From Mesorhizobium sp. 61-13 (GTDB lineage: Bacteria > Pseudomonadota > Alphaproteobacteria > Rhizobiales > Rhizobiaceae), in contig MKRZ01000089.1 of assembly GCA_001897075.1 (NCBI GenBank), positions 25,911 through 89,910 on the forward strand: a DNA stretch of 64,000 nt, given 5' to 3'. The position numbers and the translations under genes were made by a program. Positions 8,835-16,962 of this stretch are shown here, in pieces. The notes under the pieces are model-generated. The model did not search any database and was not told the origin of the DNA. It saw nothing but the letters and a program-made list of their open reading frames with translations. Within the stretch, counting starts at the first letter, position 1; each line of letters begins with the position of its first letter.

Positions 8835-10012
8835 GGCTTGTCCTCGTTCAGGAGCATGTTGCCGTCGAGCGTGTAGGTGCAATGGTGTTCGTCATCCAGA
8901 TCGAGGTAAAACCCGAACAGCTTCTTCCACTTGATGACTGCCAGCGCCGCGTTCAGGGCGTTCAGATCGGCAATCTGGATATTCTTGACATACAAGTCGT
9001 CGGCCGCGCCCGTAGAAAGGCCGATACGCTTCTTGTCGCGGATATGCGCCCTCATCCGTTCGGTGCTGGTAGTCGTCCTGACGATGCCCTGCAGCTTGTC
9101 GTCCACGAGGTCGATGCCCATGCCGACATCGACAAACGGGATGCTCAGTGGCTCCAGCTTCTCGATGATCGGTCGCTTTGCATCGCCGCGATCGACGCAA
9201 AGGAAGACGAATGCCATCCCGTCGAGGCAGTCCGCATTCGCGGCGTCGATATGGAAATCGTGCGCCACGATGTTCCGGCGCATCGGCGCATAGCGGTCGC
9301 GGAAGTAATGGACCTTTTTCGGCGCGGCCTTCAGTTCGGCAAGCGTTGCGGCCCCGGGCGAGCGAAACGCATTGTGCTGGAGGTAATGGTCGCCGTCGAA
9401 AAGATGGATCTCATGGACCGGCGTTTTCGCCACCAGATCGAGGACGTAGGAACCCGTACCGCCAAGGCCGATGATCGCCACCTTGGGCAGGGCCAGCTTC
9501 TGCGACACGGCGTAGATGCCCGCGCGGCTTGAGGCAGTGTCCAGATACTCGAATACGGAATCGGGGTCTTCGGCTTCGATCACCCGGAACGTCTTCGCCG
9601 TGGCCGTCGGATCGATTGCCGCCGCATGGCTCGACAGCATGTCGGCGTAGGTGGTCATCTTGTGGTGGTAGTCCTGATACCCGCTGGCGGGCTTGCTCGA
9701 AAACGAGTGCTCCACCACGAGACCGTCGCCCAGATTCTGACGGCTGCTGCCGTTGACGATCTTGGTCAGAGGACGTCCATGCCGGTCGCAGGGATGCTCG
9801 CCCGCGAACAGGGCGACGTGGGTCTCCGGCTTCGCAGTGACCTGCCCGGCGAGATTGAGCGTCGAGACCAGCAGTCCGCGTTTCACGACGCGCTTGCTGT
9901 TAACGTAAGGCACGTTGCGGAGAACGAGGTGGTTGGCCCTGACCTCCACCTCGTATCCGTCTTCCTTCAGCTTGGCGAGGTCGGGACTACGACTTATCAG
10001 TGGCGGTGACAT
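8831..10012 (-). CDS. ThiF/E1-like adenylyltransferase with an N-terminal E2-like (DUF6791-type) domain
   Basis: Rossmann motif KVAIIGLGGTGSYVLDLV...HLFDGDH. The N-terminal roughly 140 aa carry FAGEHPCDRHG (candidate catalytic Cys, by inference). Confidence 0.8.
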   Translation of the reverse strand: MSPPLISRSPDLAKLKEDGYEVEVRANHLVLRNVPYVNSKRVVKRGLLVSTLNLAGQVTAKPETHVALFAGEHPCDRHGRPLTKIVNGSSRQNLGDGLVVEHSFSSKPASGYQDYHHKMTTYADMLSSHAAAIDPTATAKTFRVIEAEDPDSVFEYLDTASSRAGIYAVSQKLALPKVAIIGLGGTGSYVLDLVAKTPVHEIHLFDGDHYLQHNAFRSPGAATLAELKAAPKKVHYFRDRYAPMRRNIVAHDFHIDAANADCLDGMAFVFLCVDRGDAKRPIIEKLEPLSIPFVDVGMGIDLVDDKLQGIVRTTTSTERMRAHIRDKKRIGLSTGAADDLYVKNIQIADLNALNAALAVIKWKKLFGFYLDLDDEHHCTYTLDGNMLLNEDKP

Positions 10013-10304
10013 TGAAGATCATGCCCTTCTTGATTTTCACAGTTTCGCCCTCGACGAGCGATCCTTCTGGCTTCTCGCCTTGGCCGCGCCGGTAGGTGAT
10101 CGTGAAGACGATGTTCTCGCCCGTCGGCGGCGTGTCAAAGGCGAGCGCGACGAGCTGCGCGAAGGAAAGTTCCTTGCCGGTCACGGTCTTCTCGCGGCCG
10201 TTCACGACGATGGTGATGTCCTTGTCGTGATCGCTGTGACCGCCGTTGCCGTGGTCATCGCGGTGGTCGTTGCCGTTGCGGCCGTGTTTGTGATCGTCGG
10301 TCAT
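9987..10304 (-). CDS. Multiubiquitin-family beta-grasp (ubiquitin-like) protein with a His/Asp-rich N-terminal tail
   Basis: ITIVVNGREKTVTGKELSFAQLVALAFDTPPTGENIVFTITYRRGQGEKPEGSLVEGETVKIKKGMIFNVTATDKS fits the multiubiquitin domain pattern. Tail: MTDDHKHGRNGNDHRDDHGNGGHSDHDKD. There is no C-terminal Gly-Gly. Confidence 0.75.
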   Translation of the reverse strand: MTDDHKHGRNGNDHRDDHGNGGHSDHDKDITIVVNGREKTVTGKELSFAQLVALAFDTPPTGENIVFTITYRRGQGEKPEGSLVEGETVKIKKGMIFNVTATDKS

Positions 10305-10325
10305 CCTTTTCGTCCTTTCTTCGGT

Positions 10326-10559
10326 TCAGCCCTTGGGCGGGAACGGGTCGCCGCCGTGGCTGTCGCTGCTGGCGATGCGGCCGTCCTGATTGTGGATGCG
10401 CAGCTCGGTGCCCTGATTGCGGCTGACGGTGCGACCGCTTTCGATAGCCTCGCGCTTGGTTTCGTGGTGCCTGCTGGCGCGTTCAGCGCCGCCGCGCTTC
10501 ACGTCCCATCCTCCGTTCGGGTTCGGGACGACATGGTGGGTTTTCGGCCCTTTGCTCAT
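10326..10559 (-). CDS. DUF2188-like small protein
   Basis: MSKGPKTHHVVPNPNGGWDVKRGGAERASRHHETKREAIESGRTVSRNQGTELRIHNQDGRI. Lies 21 nt upstream of the Ubl gene on the same strand. Confidence 0.65.
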   Translation of the reverse strand: MSKGPKTHHVVPNPNGGWDVKRGGAERASRHHETKREAIESGRTVSRNQGTELRIHNQDGRIASSDSHGGDPFPPKG

Positions 10560-10611
10560 CGTTCGGGTCTCCTTGACCTGCTTCCTCGCGGAACCGCTGT
10601 TCCGCATATCT

Positions 10612-10626
10612 GCTAATTAGCGTATT
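10612..10626. promoter_or_regulatory. Operator candidate GCTAATTAGCGTATT (copy 1), upstream of the DUF2188-Ubl-E1 operon
   Basis: A 15/15 identical copy occurs at 11764-11778. The core GCTAATTAGC is a perfect palindrome. Confidence 0.55.
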
Positions 10627-10673
10627 TCAGAGTCGAATACAAGGGCAGCCGATTTTTCGGCTGCCGGCGTTGT

Positions 10674-11399
10674 TTAGAGACGGTCGAAGAGGGAGGGCCC
10701 GGCGGACGTTGCGCCCAGAATGTTTAGTCGGAGGAGCCTCACCCGCGCGGCATCCGCCGACACCTGGAACGCTTCCTGAACCCGCGCGATCAGGGCCTGG
10801 CCGTGTTCCGTGCCGGTGCCGATGACTCCGAACAGCCCGTTAGCTTCCTGATATGCGCCGACGACGCGGCGCAGATAGGACACCGGCATCAACAGCGCGC
10901 CGCAGGCATGGCCCGCTTGCCATTCCATCCAGTCGGTCTGGACAGCTTCCAGCATCGTATCGCGCTTGCAAATCTGCTTGTTGGCGTTCGGATTCCGCCG
11001 GAGCAAATCGGCGCCGGGCGGCTCGACCTCCCAAAGATAGGCATGGAAATGCACATGCCCGTATTCGTGGGTCAGGGTTGTACGGAGCCGATTCTCGCGC
11101 CGTTCGTCGTTGGAGAGGTTCTCGGCGATGCGGACGATCGGCTTCCGCCCCGGCTGGAACTCGGTCACGCCCTCTACGTCATGGCCGTATGAGGACAGGT
11201 CAGCGTAACCGTCGAAATCTTCTGTGTCGCGCTCGATCAGTAGCGTGAGATCGTCGGTCGTGACCGGGAACTCGGCCTCGCCGTATTTGTTCTTCAGGAA
11301 TCCCGTGATGATGTTCTCACATTCACGGTCGAGTTCTTCGGGCTTGTAGTGCGGGCGCTGAGAGAAACGCCCTGTCGTGTCACGAACGTATCTCACCAT
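10674..11399 (-). CDS. ImmA/IrrE-family zinc metallopeptidase
   Basis: HEYGHVHFH (HExxH) in a DUF955-like context. Lies 11 nt downstream of an XRE repressor gene, as in ImmR/ImmA pairs. Confidence 0.8.
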   Translation of the reverse strand: MVRYVRDTTGRFSQRPHYKPEELDRECENIITGFLKNKYGEAEFPVTTDDLTLLIERDTEDFDGYADLSSYGHDVEGVTEFQPGRKPIVRIAENLSNDERRENRLRTTLTHEYGHVHFHAYLWEVEPPGADLLRRNPNANKQICKRDTMLEAVQTDWMEWQAGHACGALLMPVSYLRRVVGAYQEANGLFGVIGTGTEHGQALIARVQEAFQVSADAARVRLLRLNILGATSAGPSLFDRL

Positions 11400-11410
11400 C
11401 CACTACCGCC

Positions 11411-11737
11411 TCATTTGCTGTTCGGCTTGCCGCGAAAGGCGACCATCGCCTTGGCGACTTCCTGTTGCGACAGCTTCCTTTCTCGCAGGTCCGCCGGAAA
11501 CTTGCCGGCCAGGTAATAGAGCCAGTCCGCCTCGATACCGAGCACGTCGGCGAATTGCTGGACCATCCGGTCGGATGAAGGGCTGCGCCGATCGTGCTCG
11601 ATGTCGTTGAGGTACTGCGGGGAAATGGCTTCTTCGTCCTCCCGGAGAATTTTTTGGGCAAGCTCTTTCTGGCTCCAGCCGCGCGCTTTGCGCGCCTGAC
11701 TTATAGCGCGCCCGAAGGTATCCGCCTTGTCACTCAT
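11411..11737 (-). CDS. XRE-family HTH transcriptional regulator (ImmR-like)
   Basis: FGRAISQARKARGWSQKELAQKI...QYLNDIEHDRRSPS is a Cro/C1-type HTH. Confidence 0.85.
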   Translation of the reverse strand: MSDKADTFGRAISQARKARGWSQKELAQKILREDEEAISPQYLNDIEHDRRSPSSDRMVQQFADVLGIEADWLYYLAGKFPADLRERKLSQQEVAKAMVAFRGKPNSK

Positions 11738-11763
11738 GTTGCTCCTTCACAATACGCTTATTC

Positions 11764-11778
11764 GCTAATTAGCGTATT
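11764..11778. promoter_or_regulatory. Operator candidate GCTAATTAGCGTATT (copy 2), upstream of the XRE-ImmA operon
   Basis: Identical to 10612-10626. Here it sits inside a larger inverted repeat, AATACGCT-N12-AGCGTATT. Confidence 0.55.
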
Positions 11779-11831
11779 CCAAGGGCGAATCACGGTCAAG
11801 ATGCCCATGGGATGCCGTGAAGCTGGCGGCA

Positions 11832-12479
11832 TCACGCCGCCAGCCTCCGGGCTGCGATGCCGTGATAGGCCCGGTCGATTTCGATCCCGATATAGTTGCA
11901 ACCGGCCTCGGTGGCGGCCACCAGGGTCGAACCCGAGCCGCAGAACGGGTCGAGCACCAGCCCGTCTTCCGGGCAGAACGCCTCGATCAGCGGCGTCAGC
12001 GCCGCGACCGGCTTCTGCGTCGGGTGCAGGCGATTGCCGCTATAGGGGAAATCGATCACGTCGGCGGGCGGGTTCTCCGGCAGCTCCGGACGGCCCTTGG
12101 CCAGCACATAGGCCGATTCGTGCGTGTAGCTGACGAAGCGGGATCGGGAAGCGTATTTCTTGCGAAATACGATGTGCCCGACGATGCGGAAGCCCGCCTT
12201 GCGCCATGCCTGCATGAAGCGGTCGGTCTGCGTCCAGCCGTAGAAGCTGACGGCGAGGCTGTCGTTCTTCAGGATGCGGTACATCTCGCGGTAGGCTGGC
12301 TCCAGCCAGTCGGCATTGTCGTCGTTGGCGATGGAGCGCCCGCTGCGGTCCTTGTAGCGGACGAGATAAGGCGGGTCCGTCAGGATGAAATCGACGGATC
12401 GGGACGGCATTTGGCGCATCACCTCAATGCAGTCTCCCTGCCGGATCGAATTGCGAAGCTGGTCGGTCGTAAAGGTCAT
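11832..12479 (-). CDS. Orphan beta-class (N4-C/N6-A) DNA methyltransferase
   Basis: Motif IV ILTDPPYLV precedes motif I VLDPFCGSGSTLVAA, which is the beta-class order. No adjacent nuclease gene. The likely start is MTFTTDQ at 12479. Confidence 0.85.
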   Translation of the reverse strand: MTFTTDQLRNSIRQGDCIEVMRQMPSRSVDFILTDPPYLVRYKDRSGRSIANDDNADWLEPAYREMYRILKNDSLAVSFYGWTQTDRFMQAWRKAGFRIVGHIVFRKKYASRSRFVSYTHESAYVLAKGRPELPENPPADVIDFPYSGNRLHPTQKPVAALTPLIEAFCPEDGLVLDPFCGSGSTLVAATEAGCNYIGIEIDRAYHGIAARRLAA

Positions 12480-12735
12480 GGCTTGCTCCTGCCTGTTGCG
12501 GTTTGATGCCGCGTGACAGGGCCGGCCGGAGAAGCCGGGGCGCACCGCAAGGGGAATGGCCAACACGGGAGCGAAGCGAAAGAGCGGGCAGGCCATTGCG
12601 CACCTGGCGCGGCCCGCCAGAAGGCGGAAATCAGAACAACCGCACGGCAGGGGCAGCCCGATGCCGCCTGACCGAAAACCAGCCTGACCAGTTTGTGCGC
12701 AATACGGGAGACGGGGTTGGTGCGATCACGGTGTC

Positions 12736-13002
12736 ATGGACCCCGTAGATCACATCACTGCCGGACAACGCGCTCCCCGCAAGCCGCACGACGGCTTCGT
12801 GGTCACGGACGATCTTGCCGGCCTGCCGGTTACGGATGCCGAGCTAGATGTCATAGAGGCGTTCCTGATGGCGCAGTTCAGGGCTGTCATGGCCGGCGAA
12901 ACCCCTGCGAAAGCTGCGGTTTCGGCGACAAAGGACTCGGAACAGCCGCAAACCCATGCTGAAATCCCGCGATCCAGACCGAAACGGGGGGCCAGGCGAT
13001 GA
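12736..13002 (+). CDS. Small hypothetical protein translationally coupled to the serine recombinase
   Basis: Its stop overlaps the recombinase ATG (ATGA at 12999-13002). Contains ...DLAGLPVTDAELDVIEAFLMAQF... No recognisable motif. Confidence 0.45.
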   Translation: MDPVDHITAGQRAPRKPHDGFVVTDDLAGLPVTDAELDVIEAFLMAQFRAVMAGETPAKAAVSATKDSEQPQTHAEIPRSRPKRGARR

Positions 13003-14645
13003 AAGCCTCTGACGCAAATGCCAATCAGGCCGCGCCGCAGCGCGTTGCGATCTACATGCGGGTGTCCACGGGCCGTCAGGCCGAGAGCGACCTGTCGATC
13101 CCCGACCAGCGCCGTCAGGCGCTCGCCTACTGCAAATCCCGGGGCTGGACGGTCGTCACCGAGTTTGTCGATGCCGGCCTGTCTGGCACCACCGACAACC
13201 GGCCGGAATTGCAGCGCCTGCTCGACATCGCCACCTCGGATGGCTCGCCTTTCGATGTAGTGCTGGTGCATTCGCTCAGCCGCTTCATGCGGGATGCGTT
13301 CTTGCAGGAAATGCACGTCCGGCGTCTCGCCAAGGCGGGCGTGCGCTTGGTGTCTTTGACGCAGGACGTGGGTGATGATTCCATCGGCGTCATGGTGCGG
13401 CAGGTCTTCGCGCTGTTCGACGAATATCAGTCGAACGAAATTCGCAAGCATGTCAGCCGCTCGATGAACGAGAATGCCCGTCAGGGATTCTGGAACGGCG
13501 CGGCTCCGCCGTTCGGCTATACGACGGTCGTCGTCGAGCAGCGCGGCGCGCGCATGAAGAAGAGGCTCGCCATCGACCCGGTCGAGGCGGAGACCGTGCG
13601 CCTGATGTTCCGGCTACTCATGGAAGGGGACGGCACGACAGGTCCGATGGGCGTCAAGGCGGCGACATGCTGGCTGAACGAGCGCGGCTACCGCACGAGG
13701 GGCGGCGCGAGGTGGGGCATCGGCCCACTCTACAACCTGATCTCCAACACGGTGTACAAGGGCGAAGCCGTCTTCAACCGCATGGACTCGAAGACGCGCA
13801 AGGAAAAGCCCGCCTCCGAGCGCATCATCGTGCCGGTCAATCCAATCATCGAACCTGCTGTGTTCGATACGCTTCAGGCGCAGCTGAAGGCTCGCAATCC
13901 GAAGGCCGTGCCGCCGCGTGTTGTCACCGGGCCGATCCTGCTCACCGGCATTGCCACCTGTGCTTCCTGCGGCGGTGGCATGACACTGCGCACCGGCAAG
14001 TCAGGGCGCTATCGCTATTATGTCTGCGCGGCTGCCGCGCAGAAGGGCAAGTCCGCCTGTCCGGGCCGCTCGGTGCCGATGGACAGGCTCGACGATGCCG
14101 TCATGGACCGCATTGCCCACGAGTTGCTGACGCCGTCGCGCGTGGCAGATATGCTGCGGGGTCTCATGGAGCGCCAGACCAAGCGTGATTCCGACTATGC
14201 TGACCGCCTGACAAGTCTGCGCGGCAAGCTCTCGGAAGTCGAAACCCGGCTCGGCCGGCTCTATCAGGCTATCGAGAATGGCATCGCCGATACGAAAGAT
14301 CCGATGCTCAAGGACCGGGTCGCGGCGGTGAAAACCGAACGCGACATTGCCAAAGCGGCGTTCGACCGGGCGGTATCGGAAATGAGCCCGGAAGCCCGGA
14401 TCACGGAAGACAAGATCGCCGCCTTCGTCGAAACCATGCGCGGCAACGTGCTGTCAGGCGACACGCCGTTCCGCCGCGCTTGGCTGCGTTCGGTCATCGA
14501 CGGCGTCGAGGTGGACGACACGGAAATCCGTATCCACGGAAGGCGGACTGTTCTGGAGCGGCTGGTGATGGGTGGCGGGGCGGCTCCGGCAGGAGTGCCC
14601 AGTTTTGTTCGCAAATGGCGCACCCGACAGGATTCGAACCTGTGA
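12999..14645 (+). CDS. Large serine recombinase
   Basis: VAIYMRVSTGRQ catalytic Ser motif and a resolvase N-domain. Recombinase domain with Cys cluster CASCGGGM...YYVCAAAAQKGKSACPG, then a coiled-coil tail. The last about 10 codons (..VRKWRTRQDSNL*) are encoded by the antisense of the tRNA fragment. Confidence 0.9.
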   Translation: MKASDANANQAAPQRVAIYMRVSTGRQAESDLSIPDQRRQALAYCKSRGWTVVTEFVDAGLSGTTDNRPELQRLLDIATSDGSPFDVVLVHSLSRFMRDAFLQEMHVRRLAKAGVRLVSLTQDVGDDSIGVMVRQVFALFDEYQSNEIRKHVSRSMNENARQGFWNGAAPPFGYTTVVVEQRGARMKKRLAIDPVEAETVRLMFRLLMEGDGTTGPMGVKAATCWLNERGYRTRGGARWGIGPLYNLISNTVYKGEAVFNRMDSKTRKEKPASERIIVPVNPIIEPAVFDTLQAQLKARNPKAVPPRVVTGPILLTGIATCASCGGGMTLRTGKSGRYRYYVCAAAAQKGKSACPGRSVPMDRLDDAVMDRIAHELLTPSRVADMLRGLMERQTKRDSDYADRLTSLRGKLSEVETRLGRLYQAIENGIADTKDPMLKDRVAAVKTERDIAKAAFDRAVSEMSPEARITEDKIAAFVETMRGNVLSGDTPFRRAWLRSVIDGVEVDDTEIRIHGRRTVLERLVMGGGAAPAGVPSFVRKWRTRQDSNL

Positions 14646-14660
14646 CCTCTGCCTTCGGAG
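14616..14660 (-). pseudogene. 3' 45 nt of a tRNA-Arg(CCG)-like gene (att-type remnant, not a complete tRNA)
   Basis: The minus strand reads CTCCGAAGGCAGAGGTCACAGGTTCGAATCCTGTCGGGTGCGCCA. This covers anticodon loop CU-CCG-AA, the 3' anticodon stem, the T arm ACAGG-TTCGAAT-CCTGT, the acceptor 3' strand and CCA. The sequence 5' of it cannot form an acceptor 5' strand or D arm. Confidence 0.75.
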
Positions 14661-14840
14661 CAATTTAGAGTAGCCCTCCGAAAAACGCGAGAGGGTACGC
14701 CATGGTTCGCTATCTGTCTGAAATAGCTAGATTTTCTGAATCGCCGCTTTCACGATCTTATCCGAACCTACGCTACGATTTCCGCCCGCGTGCTTACGTG
14801 GTGCTTACGCGAGAGATCGGCACTGATCGGATGGAATGCC

Positions 14841-16193
14841 ATGACTAAGATCACAAAGCGGGTTGTCGACGCCGCAGGTCCCCACGAAAAAGACTACGTC
14901 ATTTGGGACGACGAACTACCCGGTTTTGGCCTCCGCGTCTTCACTTCCGGCAAACGGAGCTACGTTATTCAGTACCGCGCCGCCGGACGGTCGCGCCGCT
15001 ACACGATTGGCCTCCATGGGGTCTGGACACCTGAGACAGCACGCCAAGAGGCCAAGGTTCAATTCGGCCGGGTCGCAAGCGGCGACAACCCCGCAGAAGA
15101 ACGGCAACTCGATCACAAGGCGATTACGGTGAAGGAGCTTTGCGCTCTTTACATCGCCGACCTCGGAGCAGGTCTCATTCTCGGCAAGGGTGGACGTCCG
15201 AAGAAGTCCACGACCGTCGGCACCGACACAGGTCGCATACATCGACACATCATCCCGCTCATCGGCACGCGGCGCGTGAAGGATCTTACCAAGGCCGACA
15301 TCAACAAAGTCCTCAAGGACATCATGGCCGGGAAGACGCGTGCCTCCGTTAAGACCGGCAAGCTGCGCGGCAAGGCGATCGTCCGTGGCGGTGTCGGGAC
15401 CGCGACCCGGACCGTCGGGCTGCTTGGCGGCATCCTGACATATGCCGTGGAAGCCGGCATCATTGAACACAATCCCGCACATGGTCTGCGCAAACCCAAG
15501 GCCCAAGTCCGCGACCGCCGGCTCACCGAGGAGGAGTATCGCATCCTCGGCAAGATGCTCGCCAAGGCCGCCGCCAATGAGAAGTACGCGATGACCGTGG
15601 ATATCATTCGCCAGATCGCTCTCACGGGCTGCCGCCGATCCGAGATTATAGAGCTCATGTGGAAAGAAGCCGACACCGACTCCAGTTGCTTGCGCCTGAT
15701 CGACAGCAAGGAAGGAGCCTCGATCCGTCCGATCGGTCTTCCGGTGGTGGAATATCTCGAGGAGCGGAGAAGAGACCAGTCCGGCACCTATGTGTTCCCA
15801 GGTCCGCGCATGGAGGACGGTGCCTTTGGCGGCTTCGCAAACCACTGGGAGCAGATATTCAAAGACTCTCCGCTATCGGGTGTAACGCCCCATGTCCTCC
15901 GCCATAGCTTCGCTAGCATCGCCAACGATCTCGGCTTCACCGAAGTAACGATCGCAGCCCTTGTCGGCCATTCGAAAGGCTCGGTGACCAGCAAATACAT
16001 CCACACGCTCGACACTGCGCTCATCATGGCGGCAGATACAATCTCTGGATACATTCAGGGGCTTCTCGACGGGATCGAGTTCAAACAGACCGCTTACGCT
16101 CTCGACCGAGATTCACGAAAGGCTGCGCTCGAACGTTTCCTCCTCCAGGCGGTGGGTAGTGATGACACTCGAGAATCTCGGCTTGCCGCATAG
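14841..16193 (+). CDS. int: Tyrosine integrase (P4-type, DUF4102 N-terminal domain)
   Basis: MTKITKRVVDAAGPHEKDYVIWDDELPGFGLRVFTSGKRSYVIQYR. C-terminal catalytic region: TGCRRSE..., HVLRHSFASIAND, LVGHSKGSVTSKYIH. Confidence 0.9.
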   Translation: MTKITKRVVDAAGPHEKDYVIWDDELPGFGLRVFTSGKRSYVIQYRAAGRSRRYTIGLHGVWTPETARQEAKVQFGRVASGDNPAEERQLDHKAITVKELCALYIADLGAGLILGKGGRPKKSTTVGTDTGRIHRHIIPLIGTRRVKDLTKADINKVLKDIMAGKTRASVKTGKLRGKAIVRGGVGTATRTVGLLGGILTYAVEAGIIEHNPAHGLRKPKAQVRDRRLTEEEYRILGKMLAKAAANEKYAMTVDIIRQIALTGCRRSEIIELMWKEADTDSSCLRLIDSKEGASIRPIGLPVVEYLEERRRDQSGTYVFPGPRMEDGAFGGFANHWEQIFKDSPLSGVTPHVLRHSFASIANDLGFTEVTIAALVGHSKGSVTSKYIHTLDTALIMAADTISGYIQGLLDGIEFKQTAYALDRDSRKAALERFLLQAVGSDDTRESRLAA

Positions 16194-16534
16194 CCGTTCG
16201 AAGTCGATCCGGCCTGGCTAGAATGCACGACTTGGACAGATGTGGCTTCCCCTCTGCGATGCGCCACGCCCGCCCGCACGGGTGTCGGCATCAACCAGGT
16301 GTCGACGCTTTTTGTGATCCGGTATTTATGCGTCGACCCATGACTGCAGCACGCCTTGCCGGTCATCCGACGAGTCTCCAACGGTGCGCTTCGGCTTTGG
16401 ACAACGGCGGTACGGTGCCCGCCTGGAGCTGCAGTTTGCCGGCAGCGATGATCCAGGATTCTAAGGAAAATTGCTCAAGACGCGCGCCCCGGCCACGCTG
16501 GGCAGATCACCCTTGACACCGGTTTCAATGATGG

Positions 16535-16549
16535 GAACAAATAGAGAAC
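16535..16549 (+). promoter_or_regulatory. LexA (SOS) box, alphaproteobacterial type GAAC-N7-GAAC
   Basis: GAACaaatagaGAAC, with TTGACA 16 nt upstream (16513-18). Nearly identical to the imuA box at 32642-32656. Confidence 0.6.
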
Positions 16550-16649
16550 AATGACAGTGCTTCAGGCGCGCGACCGGTTGGCCAGATTTCTGGCTTTCCT
16601 GCTTTCTGCCTATCCGGCTTTCCGCCTTGCAAGAAAGGCAGATTTCGTT

Positions 16650-16901
16650 ATGATTCCGGAATCAGAGCTCTTCCCGGTCAACGACCGAGACAGGTTGCCC
16701 GTCATGGCTGAAAACCGCCTTCGTGCGAGCAAGAAAGACCTGCTGGAAGACAGCGACAAGGGCAGCAGCGGCTCCCTCAATTTCAAAGTCACTCCCGAGT
16801 TCAAGAAGGAGTTCAAGGGCTACGCGGTCAGCCAGGGGATCAGCATGGTGGACCTCCTCAAGGAAGGCTTCGCGCTATCCAAGAAGCGGCGCAGCCAGTG
16901 A
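16650..16901 (+). CDS. Ribbon-helix-helix protein (possible controller of the downstream methyltransferase-nuclease pair)
   Basis: C-terminal SLNFKVTPEFKKEFKGYAVSQGISMVDLLKEGFALSKK has an RHH pattern. The track start at 16551 lies 1 nt after the LexA box, so ATG 16650 (MIPESEL) is preferred. Confidence 0.6.
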   Translation: MIPESELFPVNDRDRLPVMAENRLRASKKDLLEDSDKGSSGSLNFKVTPEFKKEFKGYAVSQGISMVDLLKEGFALSKKRRSQ

Positions 16902-16962
16902 GCCACCCCCTTTCCTTTGGCCGGACAGATCGCGTGACAGCGCAGCATGATCGAGGGACGAC

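Larger units (their letters stand above)
1..14660. mobile_element. Integrated conjugative-element/plasmid-like block (ardC, parA, rep-like, ImmA/XRE, serine recombinase), extends beyond the left edge
   Basis: Gene content listed below. Right boundary inferred from the tRNA-Arg 3' fragment at 14616-14660 that overlaps the serine recombinase stop. Confidence 0.45.

Noticed and set aside
14616-14700. Possibility of a complete tRNA gene at the block junction
   Set aside because: Only the 3' 45 nt fit a tRNA. The upstream sequence (..ggagggctactctaaattg) cannot supply the acceptor 5' strand GCACCCG, the D arm or the 5' anticodon stem.
16551-16649. Upstream ATG (16551) as the start of the RHH gene
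   Set aside because: This ATG lies 1 nt after the LexA box and putative promoter, so it would probably lie upstream of, or at, the transcription start. The encoded 33 aa are hydrophobic and Arg-rich and are unrelated to the RHH domain. Leaderless translation from this ATG remains possible.
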